DNA of 64,000 nucleotides from a virus (Duplodnaviria; Heunggongvirae; Uroviricota; Caudoviricetes): IMG/VR virus record IMGVR_UViG_2529292913_000008; one strand, 5' to 3'. Shown piece by piece: positions 54,622 to 64,000 of this stretch (position 1 is its first letter; each line of letters starts with the position of its first letter). The notes under the pieces were generated by a model. It saw only the letters and a program-made list of their open reading frames with translations, ran no database searches and was not told where the DNA came from. The position numbers and the translations under genes were made by a program.

Positions 54622-57612
54622 ATGTTCGATCAAAAAGGCGGTGCGCAAAAAAGCCAAAACCAACGCGATGCGCGTGGTCGTTTTATTGGAAAGTCAGGGA
54701 GTAAGGCCGCAGCGGAAGATGCCCGTGCTGAACGTGCTGAAAAGGCCAGGCGCAAAGAGGATGATGAGCGTCTAAATGCTGAATCAGGTTTATTAAAAAA
54801 ACTGTCAAAAGTAGCTGAAGGCATAGGTAACCCTTCAGAGACTCGTGCCGTTGATGCGTTAGGTTATGCCGTTGCTGGTCCATTGTGGGCAGCAGGGAAG
54901 GAGCTTGGCGGGATATCAAAAGAAGTTGGTGGATCGCTTAATGGTGCCAGAAAGTCTATTGCCGATGTGATTCGTGGCAATGACGATAACAGCCGTAGAA
55001 AAGGTTTTTTTAGGCGTAAATCGCAAAATAGTGCCGATGTCGTTCAGGTTAACACCCAAAAACGGACAGTTCAGGAACTTCAGGAGCAGACCAGCGAAAT
55101 TAAAGAGGGCAATGACAAGATTCTCAGCGCCCTTGATCAGATAGCCAAAAACACCGGGAAAAAGAAGGGCGGCTTGCTGTCCAAACTATTTAGCCTGTTA
55201 GGGAAGGGGGCCGGTGGCGTCGCGTCGTTGTTAATGGGGCGTGGCATGCTGAAAAAAGCTGGAGCACTCGCTTTTGGCGCTCTGGGGGCAAAGAAACTTG
55301 TAGGAATGCTACGCGGTGGTGGCAAGAAGACTATCGCCCATGAAGGTGGAGATTTGGCTGCCCGGGCAGCAGGTAAACTTGGATTAAAGGCAGTTGGTAA
55401 AGGGGCGTTACGCGCAATTCCCTTAGTCGGCACAGTGGCTGGAGGTATTTATGATGCGGTAACCGGTTGGAATGATACAGAAGCGCAACGTCGAGCGTTT
55501 GGGCTTAAATCAGGACAAGATCCATCATTCCAGCAAAAAGCCGCTTATACGTTAGCCAATGTTCTTGATATGGGGGGACTGGTATCTGGTATTAGCAGCG
55601 CCATTGGTGAGGTTCTCAAATCACTTGGATTTGAGGATATCGGCAATATGTTGCAATCATTTTCGACGGAAAGTATTGCCCAGGCCATTGATAGTGGGAT
55701 TACCAACTTAGAAACATATATTTCTAACCTTGGCGACACCATTTCTACCAAGTTCGAAGATTACACAGCAAAGATTGGTGATGCTGTTTCAGCATGGTTT
55801 AGCGATACATCTAATAAGCTGCTTGAAAAGCTGGATGCCATCAAAGACTTCTTTACTGTTGATAACCTGAAACAGGTTTTCAGTGATGCAATTGATAGTG
55901 CAATTGATTTCATTAAGAACCCAGGGAAACACATTAAAGAGGCGGCTGGTAATATTTGGGATGGGGTTAAAAATTTACCTGGTAAAGCATTAGATGCAGC
56001 GGTTGATGCCGTTAAAAATACCCCTGCGGCAATGATTGTATCAAAAATACCCAATCCGATCGGCGAGGCTAATGCGAAAGAAATCGCTCCAGAGTTAAAA
56101 GCTCCGGTTAATAGCCACCAGGAGACATCTGATTCTAAAACTGAATCCGATGCCAAACAGACTAATATTGTTACCCGCGTGATAAATGCGGCACTGGACA
56201 CGGCGAAAGATAGCAATAAAACAGTTAAAGAAACTGCGAATCAGATTATCAATGCAAATGCCGCAGAAACGGGCAATAGCGCGTTGCAGAAAATTGATAA
56301 AGCTATTGGTCAAAATAGCTCGTCATCATCGTCGCTTAATACCACTGGCACCAGGAATGACATTCAGAAAGCTGCGGATACCTACAACAATGGCCGCTTG
56401 GATGTAAAAGTCGGAAGTCTTGGATCTGAAGGTAAGGCAAATCTCGATAAGTTGGCTCCGTATTTTGCTGAACTAGAGAATAAATATGGTCTTCCAGAAG
56501 GCACTCTTTACGCGATTGCTGCAACTGAATCTGGTGGTAATCCGTATGCAAAATCCCAAACCGGTGCTCTGGGAATGTTTCAGTTCACGGGGATTGCTCG
56601 TGAAGAGACTGGCTTAGCTGAAGGTGAATCGTTTGATCCTGTGAAATCGGCAGAAGCTGCGGCTCTTCTCATGAGCAAGTATCTGAAGCAAGCCAATGGA
56701 GACTTAAACGAGGCCATCACTGCATATAACGCTGGGTTTGGCACTATCAATAAGTGGAAAAAAGGCACAGGTGACTTATCGAAAGAAAACCGTGAGTACG
56801 CGATCAAGGTCAATACTCATCGTGCTCGCTATTTAGGTGGTGAAATCTATACACCTGGAGCAGGAGCACAGGGTGGGGCGCAATATGGAGTGAGGGGACC
56901 ACTGCCTGATAACGCTGTTATCGATCAGTCTACTGGCCTGGCGTTTACCCCTGGTGATAGCCCGTTTGAGAAAGGCGGTCTGGTAGACAAAATCGGCAAT
57001 GCTGTTGGCGTTAACGATCTGGTCAACAAATTCATGAATGGCCGGGGTATGCGTCGGGAAGTCGTTCAGGGAACGCTCGAAGAACGTGCACGAGGGAAGG
57101 GGACCGCAACAGCAGCTGGCAATGTGTATGTTGATACTCCGATGCCAGTTGAAGAGGCGCGTCCGGTGACCAGCAACTCAAGTTACTTTGACCAACTCGG
57201 CGCACAAATGGGGATTGATGGACTATTCGATAAACTCCGCAACTCGCCGGGGATGCGGAAAAATAATGCGCCTGAACCAGCCTCCACGTCCCAGGTGACG
57301 ACTGCCGCCAACGATTTGCAGCAACCAACCGGTCGTATGCAGATAGACGGACAGGTTATTAGTGACCTTGGTGGTTCCGGTGCCAAGCCGACAATGCAGT
57401 TGGCTGATAATACCGTTTCACTTGATGGTGAAACGAAGCGGCTGTTTGCGCAGATGACCTCATTACTTGCCAGGATTGAAGAGCACACCAAAGACTCGGC
57501 GAAAGGCCAGGGAACTGTCGTAAAGGTCAGCACGCCTCAGCCGGGCGTTATGCGCACGGTACCACTGTCAATTGATGATCCGTTGATGAATGACTACGCG
57601 AGAGTTGATTGA
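54622..57612 (+). CDS. sit: tail tape-measure protein with soluble lytic transglycosylase domain (Sit-like)
   Basis: 996 aa; SLT signature AIAATESGGNPYAKSQTGALGMFQF...AYNAG; Gly/Ala-rich repeats. Confidence 0.85.
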   Translation: MFDQKGGAQKSQNQRDARGRFIGKSGSKAAAEDARAERAEKARRKEDDERLNAESGLLKKLSKVAEGIGNPSETRAVDALGYAVAGPLWAAGKELGGISKEVGGSLNGARKSIADVIRGNDDNSRRKGFFRRKSQNSADVVQVNTQKRTVQELQEQTSEIKEGNDKILSALDQIAKNTGKKKGGLLSKLFSLLGKGAGGVASLLMGRGMLKKAGALAFGALGAKKLVGMLRGGGKKTIAHEGGDLAARAAGKLGLKAVGKGALRAIPLVGTVAGGIYDAVTGWNDTEAQRRAFGLKSGQDPSFQQKAAYTLANVLDMGGLVSGISSAIGEVLKSLGFEDIGNMLQSFSTESIAQAIDSGITNLETYISNLGDTISTKFEDYTAKIGDAVSAWFSDTSNKLLEKLDAIKDFFTVDNLKQVFSDAIDSAIDFIKNPGKHIKEAAGNIWDGVKNLPGKALDAAVDAVKNTPAAMIVSKIPNPIGEANAKEIAPELKAPVNSHQETSDSKTESDAKQTNIVTRVINAALDTAKDSNKTVKETANQIINANAAETGNSALQKIDKAIGQNSSSSSSLNTTGTRNDIQKAADTYNNGRLDVKVGSLGSEGKANLDKLAPYFAELENKYGLPEGTLYAIAATESGGNPYAKSQTGALGMFQFTGIAREETGLAEGESFDPVKSAEAAALLMSKYLKQANGDLNEAITAYNAGFGTINKWKKGTGDLSKENREYAIKVNTHRARYLGGEIYTPGAGAQGGAQYGVRGPLPDNAVIDQSTGLAFTPGDSPFEKGGLVDKIGNAVGVNDLVNKFMNGRGMRREVVQGTLEERARGKGTATAAGNVYVDTPMPVEEARPVTSNSSYFDQLGAQMGIDGLFDKLRNSPGMRKNNAPEPASTSQVTTAANDLQQPTGRMQIDGQVISDLGGSGAKPTMQLADNTVSLDGETKRLFAQMTSLLARIEEHTKDSAKGQGTVVKVSTPQPGVMRTVPLSIDDPLMNDYARVD

Positions 57613-57968
57613 TGGCCAACAATAACGAAATTGATCCTTTGCTGACGCTGGAGTTATCCGGCGTAAAAACGTATGAGTCCCAGGAGGAGGCCTGGGGCGC
57701 TCGTTTATATGAGTGGCTAAACACTTATCAGGGTGAGGTATACGGGGATCCGTCATGGGGCAATGTTTTACCGCAGTTTAAACACGAACCGACCAACTTG
57801 TCGCATGTTCAAATTGCGGTTGAGGCAATGCTGTTGCAAAAACTGACGGTAGATTTACCTGACATACCGATTTCTGGCTTGTCAGTTGCCGAGGGAGATG
57901 CTTTTGATAAGTTGAAAATATCCATTCGTATCAGGGATATAACTATCACACAGGACGTGGTGCTATGA
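57609..57968 (+). CDS. hypothetical tail/baseplate protein
   Basis: start overlaps sit stop. Confidence 0.55.
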   Translation: MMANNNEIDPLLTLELSGVKTYESQEEAWGARLYEWLNTYQGEVYGDPSWGNVLPQFKHEPTNLSHVQIAVEAMLLQKLTVDLPDIPISGLSVAEGDAFDKLKISIRIRDITITQDVVL

Positions 57969-59398
57969 GTAAAACAACACCGACTAAAGACAGTATTCGT
58001 GCAGAGTTTGAAGAGCTTGTCGAGAAAGATTCATTCTGGTCGAAGTTTGTCGGCTCTCAATTTGTCTCGATGCTGACATTGTTTATTACCCAGATTGTCT
58101 ACAGGTGCTTTCAGTATGCCGATGCGGCGCTGGCTGAAGGCTTTATATCGACCGCGACGCGGCGTTCCTCTATCCTGGCAGCGGCAGAAACGAATAGTTA
58201 CGTTGGTACCAAGCCAACACCGTCATCGGGGATGATTGAGATCACTGCCACAAGTGAAGACGCCCCAGCGGTAATCCCCAAAAACATGCCTTTAATATCT
58301 GACGACCAGTACCCTTACATGACTATGGATGTATGCAGGTTGGTTGACGGCACCGGTACGGTAGAAGTGGCACAGTTGGAAATCCAGGAGGTGACATATA
58401 CCGTTACGGCAGCCAAAGAATTTCTGGAAGTCGTGTTATCAAAGGCTCTCACTGCTGTCTGCTATAAGCTGGAAGTATTCGTGACGACCGATGGTAAGAC
58501 CACGCAGTGGTCTTCCAGCACTATGTTCCGGTTAGCCGGTAGTAAAAGCCAGGTCTACGTTGAGTTTTATAAACCATCCGAGCAGTTGGGGGTTCGATTC
58601 GGCGATGGGCTAATTGGGCAAATACCGCCAGAAGGCTCGACAATTACGCTTAAGGTATGGTGCACCAACGGCGATATAACCCTGGTTGCTGGCCAAAACC
58701 TGACGCCTGTCGATTCTGCGGCTAATTTAGCTAATTTGATTTCAGTTAAGACAACGACACCTATAACCGCAGGTACCGATGCTGAAACAACGGAGATCAC
58801 ACGTAACCGTGCACAATATTACCTTGCCTATGATGATCAGGTCGTATGGGGCGGGGATTATACGTATTTTCTGGTGCGTAACATCCCAGGCCTGTCCTGG
58901 GTAAAGGCATGGGGTGAGGGCCAGCAAGAGAAATTAGATGGTGCTTATAATGTTCAGAATATCAATAAGATATTTATTTCAGGGTGGCATCCAAATAAAA
59001 GTCAGTCAGAACTTGAAGAAATGATCCTGGCTGCCTTTAAGAAGGTGCCGAATGAGCTGAACAAGAAATTCTCTTATAAAGAGGTCAGAAAACTACCATT
59101 TAAGATAACAATCACCGGGCGGATATCGGCAAGCCTGACCATTGAAAACGTGACCGATGAACTGACGTCGGCGCTGGAAACAAAATTCGGGCGTGACTCA
59201 GCTTTCTTCGACCCAAACCGCGTTGGTAAGTACATCCTGATTAAGAAAAAAGACGTTTGGGCGTATATCGAAACGCTTGGCTATTTCCGCGATTTTTATC
59301 TGGAATTTGTCGAGTGGAATGAGTCCAACGGATTTTTCGATTTCGTTTATCTGGATACAGAAAACTCCACCTTTAATATTTCGTATGAGGAGGAGTGA
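57965..59398 (+). CDS. baseplate protein (possibly J-like)
   Basis: 477 aa in tail operon; assignment by size and position. Confidence 0.5.
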   Translation: MSKTTPTKDSIRAEFEELVEKDSFWSKFVGSQFVSMLTLFITQIVYRCFQYADAALAEGFISTATRRSSILAAAETNSYVGTKPTPSSGMIEITATSEDAPAVIPKNMPLISDDQYPYMTMDVCRLVDGTGTVEVAQLEIQEVTYTVTAAKEFLEVVLSKALTAVCYKLEVFVTTDGKTTQWSSSTMFRLAGSKSQVYVEFYKPSEQLGVRFGDGLIGQIPPEGSTITLKVWCTNGDITLVAGQNLTPVDSAANLANLISVKTTTPITAGTDAETTEITRNRAQYYLAYDDQVVWGGDYTYFLVRNIPGLSWVKAWGEGQQEKLDGAYNVQNINKIFISGWHPNKSQSELEEMILAAFKKVPNELNKKFSYKEVRKLPFKITITGRISASLTIENVTDELTSALETKFGRDSAFFDPNRVGKYILIKKKDVWAYIETLGYFRDFYLEFVEWNESNGFFDFVYLDTENSTFNISYEEE

Positions 59399-60234
59399 TG
59401 CAACGTTCCTGGTTTAATAACCGGCTTACATCAGCTAAGCAAAAGTCATTGCTCTATAAATCATTGGCTGATTTGGTTCAGTCAATGATGGACACTTTTG
59501 TTGACCCATGGTTGGAGCGAATTACCAACCGGAAGTCTATTTTCTCCATGAGCAAGGAAGATCTGGAGACCAGGACAAATGAACTTGGCCAGTTCTTTAC
59601 TATCAGAACGTCGAATTCGTCTTCCGTACCAATGCTGTTACAACAGCGGCTTGACGAGATCCACTTTAAGGGAACTGAACGCCCTATAAACCAGACAATT
59701 TACCGCGAATTTAACGGTATTTCTGTTTTATGGGATCCGATATATGCACCGGTGGACCTTGAGCGTCATCCCTATGGCACAGTTCTAATACCAGAAAGCA
59801 CACTGGAGACTACCGGCGGCACATTCGGCGAGATGTTTCTGACTTCCAGAGGGATGATCAGTATTCCCATAAACGACCTGGCTAGGACAATGGGTATTAC
59901 TGGCACGATAGATCAGTCCGCAATTACAGAAGAAATTCTCAGAAAGTTTAATCAGTTCGTAAAGCCTCTACTGCCACTGCATATAGTGTTTGATGGGCTT
60001 ACGCTCTATTTGTCGGTTGTTGTAAATGAACAGGCCGACATGATCACTTTGAACGAGATTTCTGATACCGAAAAAGCATTCTGCTGGTTTGAAACTTCGG
60101 ATACAACTTCGCTTACTGGAGTTACGTCGATTAGCGCCCCGATCACCGCAACGCCTGGTGGCACTATTGTGAAAGCGACACCTACGTTTGATCGCACACG
60201 CGCAGATGATTTGTTGCTGGATAGCGACGCCTGA
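59395..60234 (+). CDS. hypothetical baseplate/tail protein
   Basis: start overlaps upstream stop. Confidence 0.55.
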   Translation: MMQRSWFNNRLTSAKQKSLLYKSLADLVQSMMDTFVDPWLERITNRKSIFSMSKEDLETRTNELGQFFTIRTSNSSSVPMLLQQRLDEIHFKGTERPINQTIYREFNGISVLWDPIYAPVDLERHPYGTVLIPESTLETTGGTFGEMFLTSRGMISIPINDLARTMGITGTIDQSAITEEILRKFNQFVKPLLPLHIVFDGLTLYLSVVVNEQADMITLNEISDTEKAFCWFETSDTTSLTGVTSISAPITATPGGTIVKATPTFDRTRADDLLLDSDA

Positions 60235-60312
60235 CAATCACCCCGTCCGTAGGGCGGGGTGACAAGTTACTTCTCTTACAATGAGGCTTCACAACATTGA
60301 TTAGGGAAAATC

Positions 60313-60747
60313 ATGTCTGACGTCTCAACAAACCTCTATAAGAGTCAGTTGTTGGACTATTACTATCAGCGGCGCGCTGAATCGTCCATTAACAAAGGCT
60401 CTCGATTTTTAATCAGTAAGGCCGTTTTCGGTACCAGTTCACTGGTTACTAAGAAAGGAGATGGTACTTATGAGATTGGAGAACTGCCAAAGGCTTTCGA
60501 TCTGGCTGAACTGACAAGTCAATTTTGCACCATCGACCTCGTTCCAACCTACTCAGGCGGGATAATTACTGTCCGAATGGACCTTGATCAAAGCCAGTTG
60601 CAGGAAGGGAAAAACTACCCATTCAACACTCTGGTTGTTCTGGATAACGAGAACAAGCCAATCGCCATTATTTGTGTCCAGGAAGACTCGCTGTATGTGG
60701 GCAAAACATATACCGCAGTTATGGCCATAAACACGACTACAGCATAA
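60313..60747 (+). CDS. hypothetical tail protein
   Basis: 144 aa ORF immediately before the tail fibre gene. Confidence 0.55.
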   Translation: MSDVSTNLYKSQLLDYYYQRRAESSINKGSRFLISKAVFGTSSLVTKKGDGTYEIGELPKAFDLAELTSQFCTIDLVPTYSGGIITVRMDLDQSQLQEGKNYPFNTLVVLDNENKPIAIICVQEDSLYVGKTYTAVMAINTTTA

Positions 60748-60758
60748 GGATATGCTTG

Positions 60759-63083
60759 ATGAATGACGTTACAGTTGTTACATCGGTTACTTACCCATCA
60801 CCCGAGTCGTTGGCTCTGGTGGCTGATGTGCAATACCACGAACCATATCTGTCAGCCGCGCTAAACCGAAAATTCAGGGGAATTGTTGACCCTGGATTTT
60901 ATGCTGGTTTCCTGCCGAAGCCTGGCGGTGGGATGAACCTGTTAATCACCTCAGTGGATGGTGATAAAACCGCTGGCGCGGCGTCAGTGAATATTGGTGA
61001 ATTCTACCAGGTAACTATTCAGCAGCGTAAGGATATTTCTCTTGCACTTAGCGCAGGTAAGAAATATGCAATTGTGCTGAAGGGAAGATACCTCCTTGGA
61101 GAAGATTCTTATCAGGTTAATACCGCGTCACATATTCATGCGGCTGAATTTGTTGCCAGAACCTATACCGATTCATATCAGTTAGGAGATGGGGAACTGC
61201 TTGTTTGTACGGTGAATATCCCTGCTGGCGTATCTGCTATTACTCAGGAAATGATAGATGTATCCGACCGCATCGATCTCACGATAGGCATTGAAATTTC
61301 CGACTCTGTAACCAGTACCAGAAGTGATGTCGCTGCAAGTTCGCTGGCGGTTAAAAAAGCCTACGATCTGGCGAAAAGCAAGTATACGGCGCAGGATGCA
61401 AGCACAACACAAAAGGGATTAGTTCAGCTCAGTAGCGCAACTAACAGCGACAGCGAAACAATGGCGGCTACCCCTAAAGCCGTTAAGTCTGTAAAAGAGC
61501 TGGCTGATACCAAAGCGCCAATAGAAAGCCCAGAGCTTACAGGAACGCCAACCGCGCCTACGGCAGCGCAAAGTACAAACAGCACGCAGATCGCAAACAC
61601 AGCCTTTGTTAAGGCAGCTATAACAGCACTTATCAATGGTGCTCCTGGAGCACTGGATACGTTGAAAGAAATTGCGGCTGCGATCAATAACGACCCGAAT
61701 TTCAGCACAACTATCAACAATGCCCTGGCTCTCAAAGCGCCTTTGGCAAGCCCTGCATTAACGGGTATCCCTACTGCACCTACCGCTGCACAGGGCACAA
61801 ACAATACGCAGATCGCTACGACTGCTTACGTACGGGCTGCTATATCTGCATTGGTCGGCTCATCACCAGAAGCTCTTGATACCCTGAATGAGCTTGCAGC
61901 AGCACTTGGCAATGACCCGAACTTTGCGACAACAATGACAAATGCGCTGGCAGGGAAACAGCCACTTGATGCAACTTTAACAGCGCTCGCTGGCCTTACG
62001 ACTGGCGCAAATAAATTGCCGTACTTTACCGGTACAGACACTGTTTCCCAGACTGATTTAACGTCAGTCGGTCGCGATATCCTGGCTAAAACAAGCACAC
62101 TGGCTGTTATCCAATACCTTGGTTTAAGAGAAATCGGTACCAGCGGTGAAAAGATCCCCCTGTTGAGCACGGCTAACACATGGAGTGCACGCCAGACTTT
62201 CAACGGTGGGATCACCGGGGCGCTGACAGGGAACGCCGACACCGCGACGAAATTGAAAACAGCACGCACGATTGGCGGTGTGGCATTTGATGGTACTGCG
62301 AATATTAATTTACCTGGTGTTAACGTTGCGGGGAATCAGAATACATCCGGTAACGCGGCTACAGCGACCAAGTTACAAACCGCGAGAACTATAAATGGGG
62401 TGTCGTTTGACGGTTCTAAAAACATTGAGCTAACTCCAAGGTCTATAGGCACGATCAACTCAACAACCATGTCTTTTATTGGTGGTGCAGGATGGTTCAA
62501 GCTGGCAACTGTAACCATGCCACAGGCAAGTTCCGTAGTTTACATAAGCCTGATTGGTAGTTCTGGATATAATGTTAACTCCCCTATGCAGGCTGGTATA
62601 TCTGAACTTGTTCTTCGTGCGGGAAATGGGAATCCAAAAGGTCTTACTGGTGCGTTATGGCGACGGACATCGGTTGGATTTACTAATTTTGCATGGGTGA
62701 ATACATCCGGTGATACCTATGATGTTTATGTTGAAATAGGTAATTACGCCACGGGTGTAAATATCCAGTGGGATTATACCAGTAACGCCAGCGTAACGAT
62801 TCATACATCACCAAATTACACAGTAGATAAACCAACTGGTCTTACTGATGGAACGGTATATGTTATTTACAGTTCGCACATTAAACCGACCGCCACGGAT
62901 GTCGGCGCATTACCAATAACCGGAGGAAATCTCAACGGCGGTTTAACGGCTACTGGTGAGATCGTTTCAAGATATGCAAATGGTTTCCGCATTGCCTATG
63001 GAAGCTACGGATTCTTTATCCGAAACGATGGCTCAAAGACATATTTCATGTTGACCAATTCGGGTAACAGCCTGGGAACCTAT
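60759..63083 (+). pseudogene. tail fibre gene truncated at its 3' end by IS2
   Basis: ATG 60759 with AAGGA upstream; repeated blocks SPELTGTPTAPTAAQ...DTL.E.AAA..NDPNF; frame runs 29 codons into IS2 and stops at 63170. Confidence 0.75.
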
Positions 63084-64000
63084 TGGATTTGCCCCTATAT
63101 TTCCAGACACCTGTTATCACTTAACCCATTACTGGCTTGCTGCCGTAGATATTCCCGTGGCGAGCGATAACCCAGTGCACTATGCGGATGCCATTCGTTA
63201 TAATGCTCGAATGCCTCTGCAAGGTTCTTTGCTGCCGTTAACCCGTCTGGTTTGGGCATGACACTGATGTAGTCACGCTTTATCGTTTTCACGAAGCTCT
63301 CTGCTATGCCGTTACTCTCCGGACTCCGCACCGCCGTGTTCTTCGGTTCAAGCCCCAACATCCGGGCAAACTGCCGTGTTTCATTAGCCCGGTAGCATGA
63401 ACCATTATCCGTCAGCCACTCTACTGGAGACGCCGGAAGCTCGTTGCCGAAACGGCGTTCCACCGCTCCCAGCATGACGTCCTGTACTGTTTCACTGTTG
63501 AAGCCGCCCGTAGTGACCGCCCAGTGCAGTGCCTCACGGTCACAGCAGTCCAGCGCGAACGTGACTCGCAGTTTTTCTCCGTTATCACAGCGGAACTCGA
63601 ACCCGTCAGAGCACCATCGCTGATTACTTTCTTTCACAGCCACTCTGCCGGTATGTGCCCGTTTCGATGGCGGTACAGCGGGTTTTCGCTCAAGCAACAG
63701 CGCATTCTGGCGCATGATCCGGTAAATACGTTTGGCATTGATCGCAGGCATACCATCAAGTTCGGCCTGTCTGCGAAGCAGCGCCCATACCCGACGATAA
63801 CCATATGTGGGCAGCTCTCCGATAACATGGTGTATACGGAGAAGCACATCCGTATCATCTGAGTGACGGCTGCGGCGACCATCTTTCCAGTCATCGGTTC
63901 GTCTGAGAATGACGTGCAACTGCGCACGCGACACCCGGAGACAACGGCTGACTAAGCTTACTCCCCATCCCCGGGCAATAAGGGCGCGTGCGCTATCCAC
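63084..64000 (-). mobile_element. IS2 (IS3 family), partial: right inverted repeat and orfB; continues beyond the window
   Basis: TGGATTTGCCCCTATATTTCCAGACACCTGTTATCACTTAACC at 63084 matches the IS2 right inverted repeat as recalled. Confidence 0.9.
63095..64000 (-). CDS. insD: IS2 transposase OrfB (InsD)
   Basis: 301 aa [24 protein letters not shown]..., apparent GTG start at the window edge. Confidence 0.9.
   Translation of the reverse strand: MDSARALIARGWGVSLVSRCLRVSRAQLHVILRRTDDWKDGRRSRHSDDTDVLLRIHHVIGELPTYGYRRVWALLRRQAELDGMPAINAKRIYRIMRQNALLLERKPAVPPSKRAHTGRVAVKESNQRWCSDGFEFRCDNGEKLRVTFALDCCDREALHWAVTTGGFNSETVQDVMLGAVERRFGNELPASPVEWLTDNGSCYRANETRQFARMLGLEPKNTAVRSPESNGIAESFVKTIKRDYISVMPKPDGLTAAKNLAEAFEHYNEWHPHSALGYRSPREYLRQQASNGLSDNRCLEI

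Noticed and set aside
60672-60758. Upstream extension of the tail-fibre ORF starting at 60672
   Set aside because: It overlaps the preceding gene in another frame; the ATG at 60759 has AAGGA at 8 nt.

Overview
This 64 kb window reads as a P1-like phage-plasmid backbone (Enterobacteriaceae) that has picked up a Type IC restriction-modification island and three IS elements. Backbone modules recognised directly from protein sequence and site architecture: phd-doc toxin-antitoxin with humD behind a LexA box, a theta-like hot gene, a DnaB-family helicase (ban) with three tRNAs and the upl/plp pair, the bifunctional methyltransferase dmt with uhr/hrdC, an iteron replicon (DnaA box, GATC cluster, five iterons, repA, incA-like iterons), parA-parB-parS, head and tail genes including a transglycosylase tape measure, and an immI-like icd/ant module next to a KilA-N antirepressor. 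Accessory content: hsdM-hsdS-hsdR nearly identical to EcoR124-type systems but with three TAEL repeats and two different target-recognition domains in HsdS; IS10 (complete, 9 bp duplication) truncating a gene; IS186 (complete, 10 bp duplication) inserted in the loop of a GC hairpin just 3' of a hok/gef-family toxin gene; IS2 (partial, runs off the window) truncating the tail-fibre gene. A 17 bp motif matching what I recall as the P1 C1-repressor operator consensus recurs at about ten sites, mostly just upstream of operons. Best candidates for something undescribed: (1) three tRNA-like structured elements, each a long helix enclosing a T-arm-like hairpin, interleaved with the tRNA-Asn/tRNA-Thr genes; (2) a cluster of four glycosyltransferase-like genes with a protein phosphatase and a HAD-like phosphatase; (3) small hydrophobic peptide ORFs flanking the hsd island, one convergent with the hsdR 3' end; (4) an immI leader with a promoter and mutually complementary motifs suggesting a c4-like antisense RNA. 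Three genes are split at homopolymer runs, which could be sequencing error or real decay. Gene names borrowed from P1 rest on my memory of P1 gene order and should be confirmed by alignment.
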